A DNA stretch of 49,788 bases from Tolypothrix carrinoi HA7290-LM1 (lineage in GTDB: Bacteria > Cyanobacteriota > Cyanobacteriia > Cyanobacteriales > Nostocaceae). Where the stretch lies: positions 1 through 49,788 of the forward strand of contig JAHHIK010000061.1 of assembly GCA_019358935.1 (NCBI GenBank), in the 5' to 3' direction. Below are positions 1 through 9,800 of this stretch, one piece after another; positions within the stretch are counted from its first letter, which is position 1; each line of letters begins with the position of its first letter. Both the position numbers and the translations under genes were made by a program. The notes beneath the pieces are model-generated. The model was not told the origin of the DNA, did no database searches, and worked only from the letters and a program-made list of their open reading frames with translations.

Positions 1-127
1 GACCAACATTGCTGAGTGAACTGCGTTAACTATCGCTCGTTGGTCAATTCGTCACAGCCTTTGAATTCATCCCAACACGCTCCCTGAGTACAGGTACAGT
101 GTGGGGCTTCTTCCGCTTCAAGCTAAA
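1..127 (+). mobile_element. Possible right end of an IS200/IS605-superfamily element (subterminal hairpin; any ORF lies outside the window)
   Basis: Imperfect hairpin CCCAACAC...GTGTGGGG (71-106) with inner CCTG-AGTA-CAGG, preceded by GAATTCAT and followed by CTTCTTCC...AGCTAAA; resembles cyanobacterial IS605-type end hairpins. No transposase visible. Confidence 0.35.
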
Positions 128-276
128 GGGTTAATGCCTTGCCACTGTCCGGTAGAAAGGTTTTTAATTAACTTGAATGTATCCGGTTGATCGGGAGGGG
201 CAAAGACAAAAGCATAGGTAATAAATCCCAGCCACAGCAGCCCAAAAGCGATTTTTCTGAACATGTTTTATGTTGA

Positions 277-1353
277 TTAACTGAAGGCTTCTGAGAGGTA
301 ATCAGCAGCAGCAGATACGACAGCGATCGCACTTTCATAATCTAGCCGCGTTGGTCCCAAAACTCCCACACTTCCTACAGGTATCGAACCTCGGCGATAA
401 GTGGCAGAAATTAAGGTGCAGGTGCGTATCGGTTCTAGCGGGTTTTCCGATCCAATCCGAATCATTACCCGTGGTTTACCCACTTCATCTGATGGAGGCT
501 CCTCAAATATTAACCGCCACAGTTGGTCTTGTTCTTCCTCCAGCAGTTGGATAATCGTTTGCACTTGCTGTAGTTGAGAAAATTCTGGCTGACGCAAAAC
601 TTCTGCTACACCGCGAATCATAATTTGGGTTGTAGATGGTGTAACAGTGCGACGGGTTAATTCTGCTACCGAGTGTTTCAAAAAATCTCCGTAGCGTTGG
701 AACTCTCGATCTAATTGCGTCCAGTCGAGAGTCGCTAATTCTAACAAACTCCGTCCCCGCAAGTGGCTATTTAAAAAGTTAGAAACAATCTGCAACTCGC
801 GATCGATGACTTCTGGCTCAAGTTGTGTTTCTGCCGATGCTGCTGGCAAATCCATTAATGTCGAATGCGTCTCATAAGCATCCGTCACTACAATCAGCAT
901 TACCCGTCCTGCTTCAATTTGCATCATTTGCAAATGTCGCAACGTCGCTCTTTCAGTTTGCGGCATGGTAATCAAACTAATACAGCCACTTAAAGTTGCC
1001 AGTATTTGTGCCGCTCCGTGCAGTAGAGCCTCTAAACTCCAATCTTCCCACTTCAGGCGCTTTTGCAGTACCGCTTCTACCTCTCGTGATAAACTTTCTG
1101 AAGGTGTAATCAGCTGGTCTACATAAGTACGATATCCTGAGTCTGAAGGTATGCGTCCGGCAGAGGTGTGAGGTTGATAAAGCAACCCACCTTTTTCTAA
1201 AAAGCCCATGACGTTGCGAATTGTGGCTGAACTAACACCCAGGTCGTATTCTTCAACCAAGGCTTTAGAACCCACAGGCTCTGCGGTAGCGATATAATGA
1301 CGTACCGTTGCCCAAAGTATATGCTGTTGTCGATTGGTCAGCTTGACTTGCAT
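277..1353 (-). CDS. hrcA: Heat-inducible transcription repressor HrcA
   Basis: [33 protein letters not shown] and C-terminal [10 protein letters not shown] motifs; 358 aa. Confidence 0.97.
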   Translation of the reverse strand: MQVKLTNRQQHILWATVRHYIATAEPVGSKALVEEYDLGVSSATIRNVMGFLEKGGLLYQPHTSAGRIPSDSGYRTYVDQLITPSESLSREVEAVLQKRLKWEDWSLEALLHGAAQILATLSGCISLITMPQTERATLRHLQMMQIEAGRVMLIVVTDAYETHSTLMDLPAASAETQLEPEVIDRELQIVSNFLNSHLRGRSLLELATLDWTQLDREFQRYGDFLKHSVAELTRRTVTPSTTQIMIRGVAEVLRQPEFSQLQQVQTIIQLLEEEQDQLWRLIFEEPPSDEVGKPRVMIRIGSENPLEPIRTCTLISATYRRGSIPVGSVGVLGPTRLDYESAIAVVSAAADYLSEAFS

Positions 1354-1732
1354 AGGGAATGTTTTACGAAGCCGAATTTTAATTAGATTTTGAAAAAATT
1401 AATAATTTTTAAATTAAAATAGCAAATTATTTACTTCTATTTTAATTAGTAAAACTAAACTCCCAAATTTGCCTGTTCTGATTCGGTTTGGGGTAGAACC
1501 GTAAAATTATACAATTTTTTTTGCTCTGTTGTCGTATTTTTTACTAATTATCAAAACAGACATCATCAATTTTTGATAAACTCAGAAAAAATTAGTTTTT
1601 GCAAGTATTGTTAAGCTTTTTTTACAAAACCTTAAACTTATTTAGTATGTATTAAGAATAGCAAATGTCAACCGGAAAAGTAAGTCCCGGCATATAAACA
1701 AGAATTTAGGTATAACCTTGTTTTAACGAATT

Positions 1733-1802
1733 ATTAGGGTGTGTTTTCGCTTTGGCGGCACTCTTGGCTTGGTGTCGGGCAAAAGCGAAAACACGTTCTA
1801 AT
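1733..1802 (-). terminator. Long hairpin directly downstream of the rhodanese stop (terminator or mRNA-stabilising stem)
   Basis: GTGTTTTCGCTTT (1741-1753) pairs with AAAGCGAAAACAC (1782-1794), extended by ATTAG/CTAAT. Confidence 0.55.
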
Positions 1803-1803
1803 C

Positions 1804-2151
1804 CTAATAATGAGGAATCGAAGGGTTAACTAAGCTGGAGTAGGCATCAATACCACCTGCAATATTTTTAACATTTGTAAATCCTTGAGCAACTAACCAC
1901 TGACACATCTGAGCCGAGCGAATGCCGTGATGACATAATACAAGGGTTTCCGCGTGAGGATCGAAGCGGGTGGGAATTTGATCGCCCCATTCGGCAAATT
2001 GACTCAGGGGTAGATTGACAAAACCCTCAATGCTAGCGATCGCCAATTCTTGTGGTTCGCGCACATCCACTAGCTGAATATCTGGATCGCCTGAAGTCAG
2101 ACGTTCTGCCAGTTCCTCTACACTAATTTGCGTAATAGGTTGGGTATTCAT
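1804..2151 (-). CDS. Rhodanese-like (sulfurtransferase) domain protein
   Basis: LVDVREPQE and active-site loop CHHGIRSAQ, C-terminal NIAGGIDAY. Confidence 0.92.
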   Translation of the reverse strand: MNTQPITQISVEELAERLTSGDPDIQLVDVREPQELAIASIEGFVNLPLSQFAEWGDQIPTRFDPHAETLVLCHHGIRSAQMCQWLVAQGFTNVKNIAGGIDAYSSLVNPSIPHY

Positions 2152-2152
2152 A

Positions 2153-2320
2153 GATTAGGGGAATGGGTAATCGGTAATGGGGACAAGGGAGACAAGGGAG
2201 ACAAGGGGGACAAGGGGGACAAGGGAGACAAGGGGACAAGGGGACAAGGGGACAAGGGGGAATTATTTATGCCCAATGCCCCATGCCCAATGCCCGATGC
2301 CCAATGCCCCATTCCCTATT
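2153..2320. repeat. STRR block: GGGTAAT/GGACAAG(G) units followed by ATGCCC(A/C) units
   Basis: Visible tandem 7-9-mers in the divergent intergenic region. Confidence 0.9.
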
Positions 2321-2456
2321 CTTTATTTTTAATAGATTTCTGCTCAGGTTTCGGTAATAAACTTAGTTTTAGTATTAATACCGCATTCCCAGCTTGAGAA
2401 GGCGGTTTCACATTGTTGTGTGTAAAAGCCGCTTGCGCGGTCTGTGAAAGAAAATT

Positions 2457-4115
2457 ATGAGGCAAAACTCATTGTTTGGTTTTTTAGCAGCTGGTGCGAT
2501 CGCGCTGCTATTGATTGTTATCGCAGGCTTTTACTGGTTCTTTGGCAAAAGTCCAGTTAACCTGATTGGTGGTGGGACTGCTTCGGAACCAGGTGCCGCC
2601 ATCTTCGTGTCTAAAAGCGCACCAGTTATGGTGTCAATGCTGGTGAATCCAGACAAATTGCAGGCTAGTAATAGCGATCACGAACTGTCAAAATTGAAAA
2701 CAAGTTTATTAGCTAACACTGGCATTGATTACAAAGAAGATGTTCAACCTTGGTTGGGGAACGAAATTACACTCGCTGTCACCAGCTTAGATATCGATCG
2801 CGACCCCGCAAACGGACGGCAATCAGGGTATCTAATGGCACTTGCAAGCAATAAACCAGAAACAAGCCGCGAGTTTGTCGAGTTGTTATTTTCCAAGCGG
2901 GCATTAGCTGGAGAAAACTTAGTTGTCGAAGACTACCAAGGCGTCAAGCTGATTTCTGACACTTCCCCATCAGAAAAAGGTTTGCTTGTCGGTGCATCTG
3001 TAGGCGATTTTGTTTTATTTGCCAACGATCCGAAAGTGCTGCGAGATGCAATTAATAACGTCCAAGCACCCGACCTCAATTTGACAAATTCCGCTCAATA
3101 TCAAAAAGCGCTAAAACAACTGCCCAAAAATGCTTTAGCTGCGACTTTCCTCAATCTTCCCGCTGTAGCCGAATGGCAAAATTTAAAACTTGAAGAAGCA
3201 ACTTATGACAGCCAAATAGTTTCCTTAGCGTTAAACCCGAAAGGACTGCTGGCAGAAACCAGCTTATTAACATCATCGGCAACATCACCGCCATCTTCAC
3301 AACTTTCGCAACCTGTGGGAGCATTAAATTATATTCCGGAAACAGCGGGTTTAGCAATCTCCGGCGTTGATTTGAGCAATTTGGATAACAGCGACTTAGC
3401 TCAACTTTGGAAACAAGTGACAACCGCAATATCTGGTTCGCAGAAAGATCTGCGTTCTGGCTTGGTGCAACCCTTAGCGGATGTACAAAAAGCCTGGGGT
3501 ATCGATTTGCGGAATGATATTTTCAGTTGGGTAAAAGGTGAATACGCTATAGCATTGTTACCTCACCAAGAGCAAGTTAATCCTGATTGGGTTTTTGTAG
3601 TGGAAAAATCCGAAGGTGTTCCCGAAGCTATTTCTCGATTAGATGCGATCGCTTCATCCCAAGGATTAAACGTTAGTTCCCTCACCTTAGACAATCAAAA
3701 AATTTTTGCTTGGACAAAGTTAACAACCGTTACGAATAACCTAGATAGCGGTTCTGAATCGATTAACCTCAAAGCAAAAGTGCAGGGGGTGCATACAAAC
3801 TTAGGAAATTACGAAATTTTTACTTCCTCAATTGATGTAATCAATCAAGTTCTGAAAGTCAAGGATAATTCCTTAGTGAAAAATCGCAATTTCCAAGATA
3901 GTATCGCTGCGATTCCCCAACCGAATCAAGGCTATCTTTACCTCGATTGGGCAAAGAGTCACGAGATAGTAGAACGTCAAATACCGATTCTCAAGCTAGT
4001 GGAAGTAGTCGCTAAACCGTTTCTGGACAAAGTGCGATCGCTCATAGTCAGTAGTTACGGTAGCGACACCGGATTACTCAAAGGTGGCGTCTTCTTCCAA
4101 CTTCATCACTCGTGA
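2457..4115 (+). CDS. Membrane-anchored DUF3352-family protein
   Basis: N-terminal TM helix; DYKEDVQPWLGNEIT and DIFSWVKGEYAIAL repeats typical of cyanobacterial DUF3352. Confidence 0.75.
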   Translation: MRQNSLFGFLAAGAIALLLIVIAGFYWFFGKSPVNLIGGGTASEPGAAIFVSKSAPVMVSMLVNPDKLQASNSDHELSKLKTSLLANTGIDYKEDVQPWLGNEITLAVTSLDIDRDPANGRQSGYLMALASNKPETSREFVELLFSKRALAGENLVVEDYQGVKLISDTSPSEKGLLVGASVGDFVLFANDPKVLRDAINNVQAPDLNLTNSAQYQKALKQLPKNALAATFLNLPAVAEWQNLKLEEATYDSQIVSLALNPKGLLAETSLLTSSATSPPSSQLSQPVGALNYIPETAGLAISGVDLSNLDNSDLAQLWKQVTTAISGSQKDLRSGLVQPLADVQKAWGIDLRNDIFSWVKGEYAIALLPHQEQVNPDWVFVVEKSEGVPEAISRLDAIASSQGLNVSSLTLDNQKIFAWTKLTTVTNNLDSGSESINLKAKVQGVHTNLGNYEIFTSSIDVINQVLKVKDNSLVKNRNFQDSIAAIPQPNQGYLYLDWAKSHEIVERQIPILKLVEVVAKPFLDKVRSLIVSSYGSDTGLLKGGVFFQLHHS

Positions 4116-4124
4116 TGTAGACGG

Positions 4125-4370
4125 CATGGGGTATTGTCCAAGTGGGCATTGTCCAAGTGGGCATTGGGAATTGGGAAAAAGGTAATTGCTAATTGGGCAT
4201 TGTCCAAGTGGGCATTGGTAATAATTCTTTTCCCATTCCCCCAACGAAGAGAGCCAGAGTCGGCACTCTTGGAAACCAGGAGAATTGCGCTCTTTCTCAC
4301 CATTACCCATTGCCCATTGCCCATTCCCCCATTCCCCCATTACCCATTACCAATTCCCCATTCCCCATTC
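4125..4370. repeat. Inverted STRR pair (GGGCATT-type, then CCCATT-type)
   Basis: G-rich heptamers 4125-4220, complementary C-rich heptamers 4300-4370. Confidence 0.85.
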
Positions 4371-4495
4371 GCCCTGTTCAACAAAAACCTCCATTGTGGC
4401 ACATATTAATGTGGCACACATACAGAAATATACTTGATTAGTTTTTATATTATAGGTATATAAAAAAACCATAAAGACCCTGTTGGAGGGCTAAT

Positions 4496-4987
4496 ATGAA
4501 ATATTTTCGCCCCCGACTTCAGTTCCGAAGCGGCTTGATTTTAGGTGTGTTAAGTGCTATTACTGCTAGCCCTGTAATGGCAGATACGTCAAATTTTGGC
4601 AAGTTAAGTTTGGCACCAGGGTTTGCACCAGCACAAGGAACAGTAGAAGGGTATACTGGCGGTTCTTATTCATTGTCTGCGATTAGTAACCGCGATCGCG
4701 ACAGAAATCCTTGTATTGGTTTTGCCGATCCGAAACCAGATCATGTGATGGTTTTGGAGAAAGACTTTTCCCAGTTGAATATACGAGTAAATAGTGGTGG
4801 TAAAGATACCACTTTACTCATCCAAGGACCAGACGACGGAAGTATTCGTTGCGGAGATGACACTGGTAAAAGAAAAGATGCCAGCATTCAAGGTAGTGAC
4901 TGGAAAGCTGGAACTTATAGGATTTGGGTAGGTACATTTAATTCAAAAGACAAGGGCAACTACACCCTGAGAGTGGAGCAACCATAA
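4496..4987 (+). CDS. Conserved secreted hypothetical protein (PPC-like C-terminal beta domain)
   Basis: Signal-peptide-like N-terminus, DTTLLIQGP..C.DD and GTYRIWVG motifs; RBS GGAGG. Confidence 0.7.
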   Translation: MKYFRPRLQFRSGLILGVLSAITASPVMADTSNFGKLSLAPGFAPAQGTVEGYTGGSYSLSAISNRDRDRNPCIGFADPKPDHVMVLEKDFSQLNIRVNSGGKDTTLLIQGPDDGSIRCGDDTGKRKDASIQGSDWKAGTYRIWVGTFNSKDKGNYTLRVEQP

Positions 4988-4997
4988 ACACAGGATC

Positions 4998-5110
4998 AGG
5001 GAGAATGGGTAATGGGTAATGGGTAATGGAGAATGGGTAATGGGAAATGACCAATTCCCAATTCCCAATTACCACGTTCCCAATTTCCAATTCCCAATTA
5101 CTAATGCCCT
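4998..5110. repeat. Inverted STRR pair (GGGTAAT / AATTCCC)
   Basis: Tandem heptamers followed by their complements. Confidence 0.85.
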
Positions 5111-5183
5111 AAATAAGAGCGATCGCACTTGGAAGGATAAAATAGACAAGTAGCTCGTTTTGCTTTCCGAGGGTACTATAAAA

Positions 5184-5945
5184 GTGCTATCTACACTACG
5201 TACAGACTTTCGCATAATTTTTGAACGCGATCCAGCCGCTCGTAACTGGTTGGAAGTATTATTTTGCTACCCTGGTTTGCAAGCCTTGCTATTCCATCGG
5301 CTCGCTCACCGACTGCATATAATCGCTATTCCGTTTATTCCCCGGCTGATTTCCCACATTGCTAGGTTTTTGACTGGAATTGAAATCCACCCTGGCGCAA
5401 CTATTGGCAAAGGTGTATTTATTGACCACGGTATGGGCGTGGTCATTGGTGAAACAGCGATTATCGGCGACTATGCCCTAATTTATCAAGGTGTCACCCT
5501 TGGCGGTACTGGTAAACAAAGCGGCAAGCGTCATCCAAATTTAGGGGAAAATGTCGTAGTTGGTGCCGGCTCGAAGGTACTGGGTAATATTCAAATTGGT
5601 AACAACGTCCGCATCGGCGCAGGCTCAGTTGTTCTACGAGATGTCCCTTCTGATTGTACTGTGGTCGGCGTACCCGGTCGCATTATTTATCGTTCTGGAG
5701 TCAAAGTTTCTCCTTTAGAACATAACAATTTACCTGATTGTGAAGCCGAAGTAATTCGCGCCTTAGTTGACCGCATAGAGTCGTTAGAACAACAAATACA
5801 ACAGCTTCAGCAGCAATCTTCTGGGAAAACTCCTGTGATGGCGGGTAAATTCACCGCCAACGAAGGTGAAGAAACAGAAAATAAATTACGCTGCAACTTA
5901 AGAGACAAAGCTATTCAGCAGTTTCTCGATGGTGCGGGGATTTAG
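5184..5945 (+). CDS. cysE: Serine O-acetyltransferase
   Basis: [35 protein letters not shown] and hexapeptide repeats; GTG start at 5184 preferred over TTG 5160. Confidence 0.97.
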   Translation: MLSTLRTDFRIIFERDPAARNWLEVLFCYPGLQALLFHRLAHRLHIIAIPFIPRLISHIARFLTGIEIHPGATIGKGVFIDHGMGVVIGETAIIGDYALIYQGVTLGGTGKQSGKRHPNLGENVVVGAGSKVLGNIQIGNNVRIGAGSVVLRDVPSDCTVVGVPGRIIYRSGVKVSPLEHNNLPDCEAEVIRALVDRIESLEQQIQQLQQQSSGKTPVMAGKFTANEGEETENKLRCNLRDKAIQQFLDGAGI

Positions 5946-6152
5946 GGGGGCAAGGGGACAAGGGGACAAGGGGACAAGGAGGACAAGGAGGACAAGGAGA
6001 CAAGGAGACAAGGGGACAAGGAGACAAGGAGACAAGGGGAAATTTCTTCCCCTGCTTCCCCTGCTCCCCCTGCTCCCCCTGCTCCCCTATCTCCCCCATC
6101 TCCCCCTCCCCCTTGTCTCCCCCCTCCCCCCCTCTCCCCATTCCCCATTCCC
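5946..6152. repeat. STRR block (GGACAAG units, then CTCCCC(T)GC units) between convergent genes
   Basis: Visible tandem repeats; overlapping ORFs are repeat-derived. Confidence 0.9.
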
Positions 6153-6153
6153 A

Positions 6154-6738
6154 TCAAGGATTAATTTCTTGGCTAGACCACTGTTGCTGCTGATCTAAGC
6201 AGTATAAATAACGATTTTGTGGTTCACCTTTTAATTCCAAGTGATCTACCTGTACCGGATCAAGTAGCAGTAGGCAAAAATTCGCCAATGGCTGAGTAGG
6301 ATCGGGTGGTGGTGGTTCAAAAGCTGCCGGATCTTTAACTCTAGGTTTACCAGGATCAGCCCAAGCAAATTGTAACCGGGCTGCATCACTTAGCTCTTGC
6401 CAAGTGGTTATGCGTGCTTTGTGTAAAACTGGGTCAGAATTATCACATCCTACTAAAGTCAAGCAACCACTGATGCGGAATTGTTCTCGCGTATGGGGGA
6501 AGTACCAGCAAATTTCTGCCCAAGGTTGCTGCTGTATCTGGTCGATTTTTTCGCTGCGGGCATCGGTGATAAATTTTAACTGGTTGGTGTCTTCCAGAAA
6601 GCCGCGAAAGACGACGGTACGATTAGCGGGACGATTATTTGCCCGAAGTGTTGCCAGTTGGAGGTAACGAGCATAAACAAGGCTGCGGTTGCGATGAAGC
6701 GCACGAGCGACTAGCGATCGCCAAGGAGCAACAGACAT
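6154..6738 (-). CDS. FMN-binding pyridoxamine 5'-phosphate oxidase-like protein (Npun_F5749 family)
   Basis: QLAT..PANRTVVFRGF, TDARSEK, WYFP..REQFRI, VDHLEL; start at MSVAPW. Confidence 0.85.
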   Translation of the reverse strand: MSVAPWRSLVARALHRNRSLVYARYLQLATLRANNRPANRTVVFRGFLEDTNQLKFITDARSEKIDQIQQQPWAEICWYFPHTREQFRISGCLTLVGCDNSDPVLHKARITTWQELSDAARLQFAWADPGKPRVKDPAAFEPPPPDPTQPLANFCLLLLDPVQVDHLELKGEPQNRYLYCLDQQQQWSSQEINP

Positions 6739-6886
6739 AATAAAATTCAAACATAAAATTAAAACTTTACTGCAATCAGTACAGCCGTAGAGCTAGCGCA
6801 AATCAAAAAAAATTGCAATCTTTCACGTTACATCTACTTGGCGTATAGTCATAATCTGTCGGAAAATAACCAACAATATTTGACTC

Positions 6887-9800
6887 ATGGTTCGAGAACT
6901 TGAACTAAAACGCCTTCTGGCAAAGTTTCCAGAAACTGCCCCTGCTGCTAATCCAGTGTTTTTTAGAACTTATAGCCGTGCCTTAAAGGTCGGACAAAGG
7001 GAAACATGGGAACAAGTATGCGATCGCACTCTCACCGGCTTAACCAATGTCGGAAAGCTACGCCCAGAAGACGCTGCTATACTCCAACAAATGCAGCAAA
7101 ACTTAAAAGCGTTGCCCAGTGGACGCTGGCTGTGGGTCGGTGGTACAGACTGGATATCCAAGCCGAAAAACTTTTCTGGGGGTTATAATTGCACCTCCAC
7201 CAACCTCGAAGATTGGAATGCTTTCGGATTGATGATGGATCTGGCAATGATGGGTTGCGTGCGATTCGTTGGCTAGAAACCAACACCCACAAGGGCTTTG
7301 GAGGATTAGCCGCAAGGTAATACCAATATGGTAAGAACCTTGACAACTTAATAGTCATGTTGGTGACACCAAAGAATAAATTTTCCGAAGAAAAGGATAG
7401 AAATATCCAATGATAAATCTGAAAACAATTAAAAACTTTGATGAAGTCCAACCCCCTAAGTGCAAGGGTGAAAGCACTTTCCCTACGGTAGCGACTAGCC
7501 ATCAATCCGTAAAGCGGGAATGAACGGTGTTAAGAAATTAATCCAGATTTTGACACATCTAGCAAGAGAGTATGGTTAGCGAAAGCAAATCTACGTCTGA
7601 ATCATCGTCAGCATATAAAACAGCCTAGTGGATTAACAGGCTGTGCCAAAAGGCAAGGGGAGAGCAACCGAAATACAACCGTTCGGTTTGCACCGCTCGT
7701 AACCCCGGTGAACAGTAGAAACCTAACCTCTCAATCAATGACTATTAGGAACGAAGTAACCACATAAATTCTCTCAGGAGGTCGAATACCTGAGTAGGTG
7801 CTAACCGGATGAACTATGTGGCGAGATTGGGTCAAAAGCAAATGCCTACAGTAACTTGTAGGATACGCTGACAGACTCACGGTAATCAGATATGTATAGG
7901 TACAAGTAGCAATGAAAACGACTAAAACGAGTTTTAAGACTACGGTGGTATGGAACAAAATCAACTGGAAGAAAATTCAGAGGATAGTGTTCAAGTTGCA
8001 AAAGCGCATATACAAAGCTGTTCAACGTGGTGATGTCAAAGCAATGCGACGACTCCAAAAAACTTTGATGAAATCCTGGTATGCAAAGCTATTAGCTACG
8101 CGAAAAGTAACCCAAGATAATCAAGGCAAGAAAACAGCAGGGGTAGACGGGGTTAAATCCCTCGGATACGAAAGTCGTTTGAGACTGGCAAAGAATCTAA
8201 ACTTGAATGGGGAGGTTAAGCCAACCCGTAGAGTATGGATTCCGAAACCAGGAACAGACGAAAAACGACCCCTAGGAATCCCGACAATGGAAGACCGGGC
8301 AAAACAAGCACTCGCAAAGTTAGTCCTAGAACCACAATGGGAATCCAAATTTGAGCCTAATAGTTATGGGTTTAGACCAGGACGTGCAGTACACGACGCG
8401 ATCGAAGCTATATATACGGCTTTACATGGTAAAGCTAAATATGTACTAGATGCGAATATATCTAAGTGTTTCGACAATATTAATCATCAAAAGCTACTTG
8501 AAAAGCTTAATACATACCCATCAATGAGACGGTTAACACGAAAGTGGTTAAAAGCCGGATATGTTGATGGAAATCAATTGTTCCCGACAAAAGCAGGTAC
8601 GCCTCAAGGTGGAATCGTTTCGCCTTTACTGGCTAATATCGCGCTTCATGGAATGGAAGAAGTGATTAAGGAATATGCAAATACCCTTCCTACTCGTAGG
8701 AACTGGGGGAAAAAGCAAAACCGGAATGCATTAAGTTTAATCAGATATGCCGATGATTTCGTGATTCTTCACGAGGACATTAATGTTGTCTTAGGGGCAA
8801 AAGCGGTAATAGAAGGTTTCCTAAAAGACATCGGCTTGGAATTAAAACCAAGCAAAACGAGAATTTGTCACACATTAGATAAATATGAAGGTGAAACCCC
8901 TGGTTTTGACTTCCTTGGATTTAATGTTAGACAATTTCCCGTAAATGATGGAATGAGCGCACGGGCATCAAATGGAGAAATCCTAGGTTTCCAAACGATA
9001 ATTCAACCAAGTAAAAACGCAATAAAACGCCACTACAAAGAGATAGCCGATATTATTGATTCCCATAAAGCAGCACCCCAAAAGGTACTAATTTCAAGAA
9101 TCAACCCAATAATAGAAGGATGGAGAAATTATTATTCTTCAGCCTGCTCAACCAATGCCTTCAGAATCTTAAATCACATGATTTATAATAAATTAATGGT
9201 ATGGGCAAAATCCAGACATTACAATAAAGGTACTGAATGGGTTGTTGAGAAATATTGGATTACAGTTGGTAAAGACAACTGGGTATTCGGATATAATAAT
9301 CCAGATACTAAAGAGAGTTATACCCTTAATAAGCACACACAGGTAGATATTGTACGACACATCAAAGTGAAAGGGGAAGCCTCACCATTTAACGGTGACT
9401 TCACTTATTGGGGTTTAAGAACAGGTAAGAGTAAAGAGATTCCATCTTTACTTGCAAAAACACTACACAAGCAAAAGGGAAAATGTGCCCATTACGGTCT
9501 TACTTTCACAACGGAAGATAAAATCGAAATTGACCATATACAACCGACCAGCTTAGGTGGTAAAAGAAAACTTGATAACCTGCAAGCATTGCATAAACAT
9601 TGTCACGACCAAAAAACTACCATCGATGGTAGTTTGAACAGTTCCTATGACAAAGGTATGATTATTGAGGAGCCGGATGAGGTGAAAGTCTCATGTCCGG
9701 TTCTGAAGACGAGTAGCACTTGCGAGGGTGTTGCTTAGTTTAATGGTACTGGTGCGGTCATCGAACCAAAATATATCAGCCAAATTCCCCCTATCCGCAA

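Noticed and set aside
1750..1780. CIRCE operator upstream of hrcA (GGCACTC...GTGTC)
   Set aside because: Does not fit TTAGCACTC-N9-GAGTGCTAA; it is part of a larger hairpin.
2128..2397. Low-complexity ORFs over STRR blocks (also 4074-4441, 5911-6198, 27161-27670, 30864-31100)
   Set aside because: Translations of heptamer/nonamer repeats with no RBS or domain signature.
6820..6886. NrdR box or cobalamin riboswitch upstream of nrdJ
   Set aside because: Only partial matches (TTACATCTAC, CAATATTTG); the interval is too short and unstructured for a riboswitch.
6887..7276. Independent 129-aa protein, and a separate 1263-aa ORF starting at 10069
   Set aside because: These are exon 1 (with read-through into the intron) and part of exon 2 of one spliced nrdJ.
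7912..9738. RT as part of a DGR, retron or CRISPR-RT together with the Avd-like gene
   Set aside because: The RT sits inside a complete group II intron with YADD, X and HNH domains; no TR/VR pair with adenine-specific mismatches was seen in the window.
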